From Callorhinchus milii (lineage: Eukaryota), in NCBI RefSeq assembly GCF_018977255.1, contig NW_024704742.1:36210001-36274000 (forward strand): a stretch of 64,000 nt of DNA. The letters are read 5' to 3'. Shown piece by piece: positions 24,160-36,390 of the stretch. The position numbers were made by a program, and so were the translations under genes. The first letter of the stretch is position 1, and each line of letters starts with the position of its first letter. The notes beneath the pieces were generated by a model. That model saw only the letters and a list, made by a program, of their open reading frames with translations, did not search any database and had not been told where the DNA came from.

Positions 24160-26785
24160 CCGAAAGTCCGAAAAATCAGGAGGTAGAATTGGTATGGGTG
24201 GAGCTAAGATACAACAAGGGGCAGAAAACACTGGTGGGAGTAGTTTATAAACTCCCGAACAGCAATTACAGTATTGGGCAAAGTACTAATCAGGAAATTT
24301 GAGGAGCATGTAACAAGGGTAATGCAATAATAGTGAGTAATTTTAATCTTCATATAGACTGGGAAAACCAAATTGGCAAAAGTAAATTAGCAGATGAGTT
24401 TATGGAATGCATTAGAGATAGTTTTCTAGAACAGTATGCTGAGGAACCAACCAGGGAACAGGCTATCCTAGATCTTGTATTGTGTAACAAAGCAGGGCTA
24501 ATCAGTAATCTTGAAGTTAAGGCTCCTCTAGGGCAGAGTGACCATAATATGATGGAATTTAATATTAAGTGTGAGAGTGTTGTAGTTAAGTCTGAAACAA
24601 GGGTCTTAAACTTAAATAAAGCCAACTTTGCAGGTGAGGGACAATTTGGATAAAATAGACTGAGAAAGTAGATTAAATGATATGATGGTAAACCCGCAAT
24701 GGCAAACATTCAAAGATATATTAGATAATTCCCAGCAAACGCATGAACCCTTGAGAAATAAAAATTCCACGGGAAAAGTGGTTCAACCATGGCTAAATAG
24801 AGAAGTTAAGGAAAGTAGAAAATTAAAAGGCGCGGCCTATAATATTGCCCAAAAGAGCTTTAAACCTGAGTATTGGGAGGGCTTTAGTGATCAGCAAAGG
24901 ATAACCAAGAAACTGATTAAGAAGGAGAAAATGGAATATGAGAGTAAACTAGCTAGAGATATAAAGACAGATTGTAAGGGCTTTCACAAGTATATAAAGA
25001 GGAAGAGATTAACAAAAGTAAATGTAGAAATTATAATGCAGAATAAAGAAATGGCAGAGTCACTAAACAAATACTTTGCTTCTGTCTTCATGTTGGAAGA
25101 ACTAAAAACTTACCAGAAATAGTGGGGAACTAAGAGACTAACGTTAGTGAGGAACTTACAGAAAATTAATATCAATAAAGTAATAGTACTAGAGAAATTG
25201 ATGGGACTAAAAGCTGATAAATCCCCTGGACCTGATGGCCTGCATCCTAGGGTTTTAAAAGAGGTGGCTGTAGAAATAGTGGATGCATTGTTTTTGATCT
25301 TCCAGAATTCCCTGGATTCTGGAACAGTTCCCGTTGATTGGAAGATCGCAAGCGTAACACTGCTATTTAAGAAGGGTGGGTGAGAAAAAATGCTGAACTA
25401 TAGACCAATTAGCCTGTCATCGGTGGTAGGGAAAATTCTAGAGTCCTTAATTAGGGACATCGTCGTGGGGAACTTAGAAAATCATAATATGATTAGGCAG
25501 TCAGCACAGTTTTATGAAAGAGAAATCGTGTTTAACAAAACTTTTAAGAGTTTTTTGAAAATGTAACTAGCAGGTTAGGGGGAATCCAGTGGATATAGTG
25601 TACTTAGATTTTCAGAAGGCATTCAACAAGGTGCCACATAAAAGGGTGTTACATAAGATTTGGGTTCATGGAATTAAGGGTATTATATTAGCATGGATCA
25701 AAGAGTGGTTAGTAGGCAGAAAACAGAGGTAGGGATAAACGGGACCTTCTCAGTTTGGCAGGTTGTGACCAGTGGAGTGTCACAAGGATCATGGCCTCAA
25801 CTGTTTAAGGTCTATATCAATGACTTAGATGAGGAAATAGAGCTTAATGTATCTAAATTCACGGATGACACAAAGCTAGATGGGAAAGTAAGCTGTGAGG
25901 AGGACACAAGGAGGATGCAAAGGGATATAGACAGGTTAAGTGAGTAGGCAAGAAGGTGGCAGATGGAGTATAATGTGGGGAAGTGTGAAGTTATTCACCA
26001 AGGTAACAAAATTAAAAAAGCAGATTATTTTCTAGAGGGGGAGAGCCTAGATAGTGTTAGTATTCAGAGGGATTCAGGTGTACTTGTACACCAATCACAG
26101 AAAGTTAATATGCAGGTACAGCAAGCAATTAGGAAGGCTAATAGCATGTTAGCGTTTATTGCAAAGGGGTTAGAGTACAAGAGTAGGGAAGCCTTACTGC
26201 AATTGTAGAGGGCCTTGGTGAGACCGCACCTGGAATATTGTGTGCAGTTTTGGTCTCCTTATCTAAGAAAGGATTTACTCGCCTTAGAGGGGTTGCAACG
26301 TAAGTTCACTAGGTTGGTTCCTGGGATGAGGGGGTTGACCTACGAGGAGAGGTTGAGTAGACTAGGCCTATATTCTCTAGAATATAGAAGAATTAGAGGT
26401 GATCTTATAGAAACCTATAAGACTCTTAAGGGTCTTGACAGGGTAGATAGTGTGAGACTGTTTCCCCTGGTTGGAGAATCTAAAACTAGGGGTCATCGTC
26501 TCAGGATTAAAGGTCAGCCCTTTAGAACTGAGTTGAGAAAACATTTCTTCACTCAGAGGGTAGTGAATTTATGGAATTCTCTACCCCAGAAGGCTGTGGA
26601 CGCTCAGTCATTGAACATATTCAATACTGAGGTTGATAGTTTTCTAAAGGATAGAGGGATAAAGGGATATGGGGATAGAGCAGGTAAATGGAAATAGGTT
26701 AGAAGATCAGCCATGATCTTATTAAATGGCGGGGCAGGCTCGAGGGGCCAAATGGCCTACTCCTGCTCCTATTTCTTATGTTCTT
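24160..26785 (+). mobile_element. 5'-truncated CR1-type LINE, ORF2 (APE endonuclease + RT) pseudogene with intact 3' end
   Basis: NFNLHIDWE, PTREQAILDLVL, LGQSDHN (endonuclease), KSPGPDGLHPRVLKE, YINDLD..FTDDTKL (RT), VRPHLEYCVQFWSP, FFTQRVVNLWNSLP. Several stops and frameshifts. Ends ggcctactcctgctcctatttcttatgttctt. Confidence 0.95.
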
Positions 26786-26917
26786 AAAAGAGTGCAAGTG
26801 CTATGTCCACAACATGCCTTCACACTGCCTTAAACTCTTTGACTCTCATTTCAAGCTTATTATTCTTGGCTCAAATGACAAACCAGTGGTTATCATCCTG
26901 GGGAAAGGGGGATGGTG

Positions 26918-27527
26918 GTGGAGAGAGCTAAGCAAGATCTTCTTGGAGTTAAGCTGGCTCCAAGGTGATGTGCTTGGAACTCGATATCAAAATCGAGTCA
27001 ACCCTCTGGGGAGGTTCCTGAGCCAGTCAGTTCCACAGTATTTCAAGGCACTGCTGATGACAGGGTAGTCAGCCTGGCTCATCGGCAGAACTTGGAGGGG
27101 CAAAGCAGTTCCTGGGCACATAGATTCTTCCCACTCAGCTCCTGTTAACCTTGCAAGCCAAAACTCTAATAAAAAGGGTGGTGCTCACTTGACAAGCAGC
27201 AGGAAGCTTGCCAGACTGTGTTCTCAGTGGTAGGCTATGCAGTTTTAGCTGGTTGAATTCCAGTAATGTCACCCAACACACTCTGGGGTTTCTCAACTTT
27301 AGAGTACCCAAGCCTTGGTTCTTGTCAACCTGTACCTAATACTCTCTGGAATTAGGTAAACAGGATGCATTCCTTCAAGGGGGAGTGCACTTTGCATTCC
27401 AGATTCAGGGAAATTTCCACGTGTATGTGGCATAAATATGTGGAACTCTCAGTCTGGTTTGGATACTCTTAAACATGGAGATTGATTCCTGCATGTGTCA
27501 GACATATGGCTGACCAAACAAAAAAAG
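26918..27527 (+). mobile_element. Unnamed ~600-bp dispersed repeat, near full-length copy B
   Basis: Colinear with the reverse complement of 52439-53000 over its length. Ends gtgtcagacatatggctgacc followed by an A-rich tract. Confidence 0.78.
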
Positions 27528-27699
27528 ATTCTTGGCTTTATCCAATTTGGACAGAAATAAAACATGTAAAATTGTAAATACTGATATCAAATAAACATTT
27601 GCTTCAAAAATCTTGGAGAGACATAAGTTGGTACAATCTGTTTCTTGCTATTGAAGTTTTATTTTTGAGATTATTATTCTTGCACTTTTCTGATTTTCC

Positions 27700-30600
27700 A
27701 GAAACAAAAATAAAGAAAAAGTAAAGATGACAGTGCAGAATAGCATGCCAGATAATAGGAATATGTCAAGAAGCTTGACAATCAGATAAGGAATCAGAGA
27801 GCAGAGGAAATGGTAGGAAATTAAAAATGTTATATCTGAATGTACGAAGCATTCGGAATAAAACTGATGAATTAAAAGCACAGATAGACACATATGGGTA
27901 TGATCTAGTAGCCATCACTGAAACATGGTTAAAAGGACATCTAGGGTGGGAGTTAAATATTCCAGGGTTCTCAGTTTACAGGAAAGATAGGCACTGTGGG
28001 AAACGAGGTGGGGGGGGGGTAGTCCTGTTAATTAGGGATGAAATAAAAGCAGTGGAGAAGAAGGATCTGAAATCTGATGACCAGGAGGTAGAGACAATAT
28101 GGGTGGAAATAAAAAATAATAAGGGGTAGAAAATATTAATGGGAGTGGTTTATAGACCCCCAAACAGTGATCACAGTATAGCACAAGGTATTAATCAGGA
28201 AATCAGTGGAGCATGTAGGAAAGGTAAAGCGATAATAGTGATTGGGAAAACCAAATCAGCAAAAGTAAGTCAGAAGAAGAGTTCATCGAGTGTATGAGAG
28301 ATAACTTTCTGGAGCAGCATGCCGGGGAACCAACTAGGGGACAGGCCATCCTAGACCTTGTTTTGTGTAACAAAACAGGGCTAGTCGGCAGTGTAGGTGT
28401 TAAGACTCCTCTCGGGCAGAGTGATCACAATATGATTGAATTCTGCATTAAGCTAGACAGGGATATAGTTAAATCCGAGGCAAGTATTCTGAATTTAAAT
28501 AAGGCTAATTTTGTAGGTATGAGAAAAGATTTAGGTAAAATAGACTGGAGAATAGGATTAAGAGGTAAAAATGTAGACCAACAGTGGCAAATGTTTAAGG
28601 ATGTAGTGCATAATTCTCAGCGGTCGCATATTCCCTTGCGGAATAAGAGTACCACAGGGAAAGCAAGTCATCCATGGCTAACTAGAGCAGTTAGGGAAAG
28701 CATCAAATTAAAAGAAAAAGCTTATAAAACTATCAATAAAAACAGCAAATCTGAAGATTGGGAGAGTTTTAGAAACCAGCAAAAAAAAACTAAAAGAACT
28801 CATTAAGAGCGAGAAAAAGGATTATGAGGGTAAGCTAGCTAGGAACATTAAGTCAGATTGTAAAAGTTTTTATAAATACATTAAGAGGAATAGGCTAGTG
28901 AGGGTAAATGTAGGTCCACTTCAGTCAGAGAAGAGAGAACTTGTAATGGGGGATAAGGACATGGCAGAGTCCCTAAATGGGTAATTTGCATCTGTCTTCA
29001 CCCTAGAAGTCTGCCAACAATAGAGATGCTCCAAGGGGCTAAGGACAGGGAGCAACTTAGGGAGATTTTAATTAGTAGAGAATTGGTGCTAGGGAAACTG
29101 TTAGCACTAAAAAGTGATAAATCCCCTGGTCCGGATGGCTTGCATCCCAGGGTTTTAAAAGAGGTAGCTTATGAGATGATCTTCCAAAATTCCTTGGATT
29201 CTGGAACAGTCTAACATCAGTGAGAGGAAAAATTTTAGAATCGTTGATTAAGGATGTGATAGTGCAGTATTTAGGGGAGCACAATATAATTAGGCCAAGT
29301 CAACATGGTTTTACAAAAGGAAAGTCACGTTTGACAAATCTCATAGAACTTTTTGACGATATTTCGAGTAAATTAGATAAGGGTGAATCAGTGGATGCGG
29401 TCTATTTGGACTTCCAGAAGGCATTCGATAAGGTGCCGCATAAAAAGTTAGTCCAAAAGATAGGGGCCCATGGAATTGGGGGGAGCATATTAACGTGGAT
29501 TGGGGAATGGTTAACGGGTAGGAAACAAAGAGTAGGGATAAACGGGTCCTTTCAGATTGGGGGATATGACTAGTGGAGTGCCATAAGGATCAGTCTTTGG
29601 ACCTCAGCTATTTACCATCTACATCAACGATCTAGATGAGGACATTGAAGTTAATATATCTAAATTCACGGATGATACAAAACTAGGAGGAAGTGTCACC
29701 ACAGAGGATGACATTAAAAAAATGCAGCACGACATAGATAGGTTAGGTGATTGGTAGATGGCAGATGATGTATAATGTAGGGAAGTGCGAAGTCATCCAC
29801 CTAGTTAGCAAAAACAGTAGAGCGGGTTATTTTTTAGAAGGGGAGACTGGAATGTGTTAGCGTCCAGAGGGACTTGGGTGTCCTTGTACACCAATCACAG
29901 AAGGTCTGCAGGTGCAGCAGCAATTAGGAAGGCGAACGGTATGTTAGCATTCATTATGAAAGGATTAGAGTATAAGAGTAGGGAAGTCTTGCTGGAACTG
30001 TATAGGGCCCTGGTGAGACCACACTGTGTGCAGTTTTGGTCTCCTTATTTAAGGAAGGATATACTTGCCTTGGAGGGGGTGCAGCGTAGATTTATATAAT
30101 AATAATAATCCTTGCATTTGATATAGCGCTTTTCACGTCGGGAAGACGTCCCAAAGCGCTTCGCGGAACACACTGTTAAGTGAATTGACTGTATATTTGT
30201 GGGCGGACGCGGCAGCCAATTACGCAAAGCAATGTCCCACAAACAGTCGTAGATTGAAAATCACCAATTTTATTATTGCTTTTTTGGTGTTGGAGGGATT
30301 ATTAGCAGGCGTGTGGAATAAGGTAACTTGCCCAAGGTTTCGCCCTGCCTGGAATTGAACTCATGTCTCTCGCTTGCAAAGCGAGTGCTCTAACCACTGA
30401 GCTCAGGACTAATTTACGAGGTTAGTACCAGGGATGAAGGGAATGAGTTACGAGGATAGGCTGACCAGTTTGGGCCTATATTTTCTAGAATATAGAAGAA
30501 TTAGAGGGGATCTTATAGAAACCTATAAGATCATCAAAGGGCATGATAGAGTAGATAGTGGGAGATTGTTTCCCCTGGTTGGAGAAACTGAAACCAGGGG

Positions 30601-30898
30601 TCACAACCTTAAAATCAGAGGCCAGCCCTTTCGCACTGAGTTGAGGAAGAACTTCTTCACTCAAAGGGTAGTGAATGTATGGAACTCGCTACCACAAATG
30701 GCTGTTGACGCTCAGTCCTTGAACATATTCAAGACTGAGATAGATAGATTTCTTATTGCAAAAGGGATTAAGGGATATGGGGATAAGGCAGGTTTATGGT
30801 ATTAGCTGGAGTTAGATTAGAAGATCAGCCATGATTGAATGACGGGGCAGGCTCGAAGGGCCGAATGGTCTACTCCTGCTCCTACTGTTATGTTATGT
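27700..30898 (+). mobile_element. CR1-type LINE, near-complete ORF2 pseudogene (second subfamily), interrupted by a SINE
   Basis: LYLNVRSIRNK, VAITETWL, LGQSDHN, QHGFTKGKS, VYLDFQKAFDKVPH, FFTQRVVNVWNSLP. Internal deletions near 29170-29215. 3' end ctactcctgctcctactgttatgttatgt. The 5' boundary is approximate. Confidence 0.95.
30095..30411 (-). mobile_element. Young tRNA-derived SINE inserted into the CR1
   Basis: Interrupts cagcgtagattta|cgagg. ATTTA is duplicated at 30090-30094 and 30412-30416. Confidence 0.93.
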
Positions 30899-32119
30899 AA
30901 AAATCTTCAGAAGTCGGAAAAGTTTTTATGGAAGCTTATTTATTCAAAGTATTGAATTTATCTCCATTGCCTCCTTAAGTTAAATATAGATAATAAATAT
31001 ATTTTGTTCCTCTATGTCCAAGGGGAGAACTTTGAACAAGAAATGCTTATGCTGCACTTTGCTTTCCTTTTAATCTTTTGGAAGGAGCAATATGAATTGT
31101 GACATTATCACCAGTGTTAATTATATCAACGAAAGATTCAGTAAAAAGCTGTCAATTATTTTCACTGATCTCAGGGAAGAGGGGCTGTACACCTCTGAAA
31201 AGTTTTGACTCATTTTAGGTCTACGTTCTATTTATCACTGGTAATACTATTATGTGCTACATTCCCCCCCTCCCCCCACCCCCCTGCTCATATGAAGAGG
31301 GATCCAGAATAACATCAATTTCCCAATGTCTAGTCTAAAACCATCTACCTGTATTCCAGCTGAGAGGACTCTACAGGAATAACCAGGAAAGAGACAAGGA
31401 ATCACCAGATTGTCTCTTTGTTGTGCATCAGTACACTCCAGAGTTCCGAGTGACAGTCCCTCACTGTGAAATGGCTCTCCTCAACTCATGTAAAATTGTC
31501 TTAAAGTTGCAAAATAGCATGTCGGCCAGGCATGTTCTTAAAGATCAAAAATTCCCCTGCGTTGACTTTTTAAAAAAAAACAGTAATATGAGACTCTGGG
31601 AGAGGTTAAATAAATCCGAAACAGACCCACAGGCATTTCAGCGAATAAAATCTGAATGGAAGCATGCACTGAAATTCAGCTTCTAAAAGAAATAAACACC
31701 AGATCAAAACAAAATGTCTTGATAAATGACAACTAGGATTTCCCAGGAATACAAAAAGGATGCAAAACACGGACCGAAAATAAAAAAAATTCTTTTGACT
31801 TAAGATTCTGGTGAAGTGTGATTCTCCGAGGGCCGGTAAATTTATAGACCACAGTGGTGTGAATTTATAAACTCACACAAGTAGGGAATAAATTCTTCCC
31901 ATCCATCGAAGTCCACAAGTCTGCTAACCTTTGTAAAATCATCCCTTTTTATATTAACAAGCACCTAGCTGCTGGGACGTGTGTGATATATGAGCAAGGG
32001 CAGCTTAAGGTCAAAAGATTTTTCACCTTTGAATGTGCTCAATGATTCAGTCTTCCAAACCTTCTACTGTACATATGTTGCTGCACTGAGTGCTACATAG
32101 TCTCTGCTCAGAAATAATA

Positions 32120-32258
32120 AAGTTCTGCCGAAGGGTCATCGACGTGAAACGTTAACTCACTTTCCTCTCTCTCCATAGATGCTGCCTGACCTACTGCGTG
32201 TTCCCAGTGACTTCTGTTTTTATTTCAGATTTCCAGCATCTGCAGTATTTTGCCTTTC
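32120..32258 (+). mobile_element. Penelope-like element terminal fragment with a degenerate minimal hammerhead core
   Basis: ctgccga-agggtcatcgacgt-gaaacgttaac followed by gatgctgcctgacctactg...cagcatctgcagt. I recall this arrangement from chondrichthyan Penelope-derived repeats. Confidence 0.65.
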
Positions 32259-33391
32259 AGATATAATAAACATTAGTTCAAACAAAAGGCCGGCATGCTG
32301 AGATACTCAAAGAAAAAAATGAATTGCTGCAAATCTATAGCGAGTTAGCTAGTGTCTGACGTTTGGTTAAGTTTTTTGTTTATTTCTATTATATGATAAT
32401 TGTGTACACTGGGCCTTTTAACACCTTTCCTTAAAAGGAAAAGTGGTTTGCACCACAGGTCAAGGTATTAAGAACAAAGAGATTTGGTTTTGCTGAGGGC
32501 ACCACTAAAGGGAGTGCAGTAGGAATGATTCCGGGAAAGAAAAATCCAATCTGGCAGAGTGGAAGAAGCACAGGAGTATTTTGCCAGATGTTACACATCA
32601 GCACAATAAAAGTGCACCTGCATCTGAAATAATGCTGCAGCTAGGCAGGCTAAAAAACAGTCACTGCTCAGGATTTTTGTTCAATTTCATACAACTAGTC
32701 AGACATCTGGTCCTTTGCTTAATCTCTTATTGACAAAGCTTGTTAAAATAATTTTGCACAGATGGTGTACTGAAACAGATTGACACAATTTTACGTTCTC
32801 TGCCCATGGAGCTGTGTGTCCAGCTGAGGAGGCGGAGAAAAGTTCAGTGCTGACCAATAAAGCTTGAGGTGAGGGCAGCAGGGTGTAGCAGAATAATATG
32901 TGAAGAGCATTAGAGCAGAGTCGATTTCCTTATGCAGAAGGAGAGGGGAGAAGAATATTAGTAGGAGCTTCACCCCGAGCCATTCCCGCACATCCCAAGT
33001 CCCCGGTAGCTACAACAACAACAACTTGGGCCGGGCAGTGATCCAGAGCACTTCCAGAGGAAATTTAAGGTAGAGAAGATACCATGCAAAGCTCAGAGTA
33101 GAACTGATGTAAAGCTAGGAACAAGGCCCTACCCAACCATTACTCTCAGTCAATGCATATCCTGGAGAGAAAAAAAAACCCTGAAAGAAAAGAATAGGTA
33201 ACCTCACAACAACTATTTCAACAACAACAATTTGCATTTATATGGTGGCCCTCATGCAGGGTAGCATCTCAGAGCACTTGGAGACACATTTACATCTTTA
33301 AAATTGCTTTCCTTTTAGTTTGGTATAAATAGAACAAATATATATCAGAAAGACTTTTACAATGATTTGGAAATACTGAGCATTATTATTT

Positions 33392-33471
33392 TGGGTGTCA
33401 GCTGGGTGTCTGACATATGCGGAAACCCATCACAATCGTCAAGAGTATCCAATGCAAACTGAGAGCTCCAT
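33392..33471 (-). mobile_element. Unnamed dispersed repeat, short 3'-terminal copy C with possible 9-bp TSD
   Basis: gtcagctgggtgtctgacatatgcggaaacccatcac...gagtatccaa matches 52450-52510. ttattattt occurs at both 33383-33391 and 33472-33480. Confidence 0.7.
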
Positions 33472-33881
33472 TTATTATTTATTAATGGACGATCGATGAT
33501 GAATAGTCCTTTTCTCCATGAGACATATAATAAAATAAAAATCTTACAAATGTGCATAATGAAGACATGTATAAAAACTTTGTAATACATTAAATTTTAA
33601 ATGTTGTGAACTATTTCTGGATAGCATGTTTACAGACAATTCCTGTAACTACTGTATGTTTCACCTGATTATGACCAGCTCCCCTTTACCACATTTTCTA
33701 CAAGCTAATTTCATCTCCGCTCATGTCACTCAGTCAATCCATTTACATCCCAGCTTGTCTCCTCAATCTGTAAATTGTCTCAGTATGACAGCACTGCTAA
33801 GTCAGCATTGCTCCTCACAACTCAGCTTGTTAATCTGCAACTTCATATAAAAAAAAGAACACAGAACATGTATTTCAATTA

Positions 33882-34199
33882 ATAATAATAATAATAATCC
33901 TTGCATTTGATATAGCGCTTTTCACGTCGGGAGGACGTCCCAAAGCGCTTCACAGAACACACTGTAAAGTGAATTGACTATATTTGTGGGCGAACGCGGC
34001 AGCGAATTGCGCACAGCAATGTCCCACAAACAGTCGTAGATTGAAAATGACCAATTTAATTATTGTTTTTGGTTTTTGGAGGGATTATTATTAGGCGTGT
34101 GGAGTAAGGAAACTTGCCCAAGGTTTCGCCCTGCCTGGAATTGAACTCAGGTCTCTGGCTTGCAAAGCCAGTGCTCTAACCACTGAGCTACAGGACTCC
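33882..34199 (-). mobile_element. Full-length young tRNA-derived SINE, short subfamily
   Basis: Reverse complement is nearly identical to 45368-45695. Confidence 0.93.
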
Positions 34200-34261
34200 A
34201 CTTGAATTAAATTCAAGTTGGCAATGTTTTTAAATAGCTTTCATAACAAATCATTTTTTAA

Positions 34262-35050
34262 GCTCGCCCAATAATCTAATGGGTAAAGGCACTGCCAAGT
34301 ACAGTAGTAAGCCATAAGCCTGAAAGTTGAGGGTTTGAGTCTCACTCTGTGCTAGTTTAGCTGATCTACAGCAGGGGGCATTAAAATTGTATCAGCCAGC
34401 TTCCCACTCCCAATCACTAGCCAGAGATCCTTGATGCAAAGTGCACATGTGTGGATGCCGAGTGTGGGCAGAATGTGATTCGGCTGGAATGCCACCTTGG
34501 TCAAAACAATCTGTTAACACTCACTATCAAGGCTCAAACATTGAATAGTGGAAGCTGAGCAGAGCTATCGGAGAGTGCCTGACAACCGTGGAAGCATAAC
34601 AACACAACAAATTTCATTTGTATAGTGCCTTTCATGTCGGAAGGACAGCAAATACGCTGGACAGTGAAGAATATGCACCACAGCAGGGTTTTGGGATCAG
34701 GAGGGGTGGAGCGCAGGGAGGGTAGTAGTAGGAGGGTAACTGAATGCATGGTCAAAGAGAAAGGTCTTGAGATGGGCCTTGAAGGAGGCAAGGGAAGAAG
34801 CAAGGCGAAGGGACTGTGAGATGGAGTTCCAAGGGTGGGGAGAGAGAGGCTGAAGGCCCGAACACAAACAGTGGGGCTGGCCGGGCAGAGGAGATGGAGC
34901 AGACCGGAGTCTGTCAGGTGGAGGGAGAGGATCAGTTGGTATGGGATTAGCAGTTCACAAAGTAGGGAGGACCAAGACCTTGTGGAGCCTTAACCTAGCA
35001 GAAGGAAGAAAAAGCCAAATGTTTTCAGGAGAGGAGTAGGAGGAAAATGA
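34262..35050 (+). mobile_element. Old SINE-like element split by an antisense L2 3' fragment (about 34597-34975)
   Basis: tRNA-like head (atgggtaaaggcactgcc...gggtttgagtc), then body to 34595. It resumes with gtggagccttaacc...ttcaggagaggagtaggaggaaaat after the L2 piece. Confidence 0.6.
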
Positions 35051-35799
35051 AGAGGAGGAGGAGACCGCTCCTGAGTAAAACATACGTCCACTGTCTGTTG
35101 AGGAGAAAGACTGCGGGGAATATTTTATTTCCTGGTAAATGTACTGACCTTGGCTCTGGGCACATATTATTCAACACTTCTAGGTAAATTCACAGGCGAC
35201 CAATTGGCTGTTTAGCAGTACAAGATAAATCCATTTAGTCCCTTATATCACAGCCTGATACATTCAGCACTGTGTTTGGAATAAGTATATCCACTATCAG
35301 CAAATTTGTTTTGCTCATTGACCCATTCAGTCCCGCTGTGTGTCCACTTAAATGATGAGTTAGTTTGAGAGTGAAAGTTAATGAGCCTGCAGAAATTCCT
35401 GAGGCTAAGTATTCCGCAATGAAAATTGTTATCACGCCAATCCACAGATGGCAGCTTGTACAGAAAGACTCATCAATCAAAACACCAACATCCTTCAGTG
35501 CATGCACTGTCCTTCCAGTAAACACACTATCCTTTCAGTGAATGTAGTATTCTCTATATTGCCAGGGACCTTAGAGTGCAAGTGCAGTAAATGGACTACA
35601 TTTTTCCAGACTGCTGGGACCATGCTGTTCCTGATGTACATAAATGACCGAGATTTACATACTCAGTGTAAGATAAATTTGGAGATGATAACAGTTAAGG
35701 AAGAGGAATGTGGAATCAAAGGAGCCAGCCTCATGGAGCCTTGCAGTATCCTATTCAATCCTCCTTCTCTCCAACCCCACCCCCCCTCCCCATAATGTA

Positions 35800-36390
35800 C
35801 TGTTCAATTCACCCTTGCTCTTGTCACGTATGAATCCCTTCATGATCTCCTTATATCTCTGATCTTCTCATGCCCCACTTCTCTGTTTGTCCCCTCCACA
35901 TAGCTAACTTAAGCCTGCTGCCTGATACTCATCTGCTCTGCAACACTATCGACAGCCAAGCCTTCATTCAATATATTCCTAAACTCTGGAACTTCATGCC
36001 TCTATCCCTCCACCTCACCCACTCTTTAACTGTCATGAAATCTCACCTTAAAACTTACATCTTTGACCGTGCCAATGGTCACCTCTCTCTTGCTTGGCCT
36101 GCCACTGTGAAGCTCCAAGATATTATCCTACATGAAGGGCACTATGTAAATGCAAGTTGTTGTAGTTGTTCTATTCATGATTAGACTTTGCTTTCTTCCC
36201 TTTAGACAATTTAAATTCATTGAGTTGCCCCTGATACCCAAGGACATTGGAATCATTAGAACCTCCCTGGTGTCCATTGCATCTCTCAAAATCTCCATCA
36301 GTGCCTTGCAAATCTCTCCCCTTGTCTTTTTATACACACCAGGATATGGTTCATCTCCTTGTCCGGGGATTTATTAGTTTCATTGGATGT
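35800..36390. mobile_element. Old L2 3' fragment (+, to about 36170) and CR1 RT fragment (-, about 36190-36390)
   Basis: KLWNFMPLSL..KSHLKTYIFD plus a (tgt)n tail. Reverse strand gives taaatccccgga and EICKALMEILRDAMDTREV. Confidence 0.6.

Noticed and set aside
24160..30898. The two adjacent CR1s as a segmental duplication or an LTR-like composite around the unnamed repeat
   Set aside because: They differ extensively at the nucleotide level and in truncation points and deletions, consistent with independent insertions of different subfamilies.
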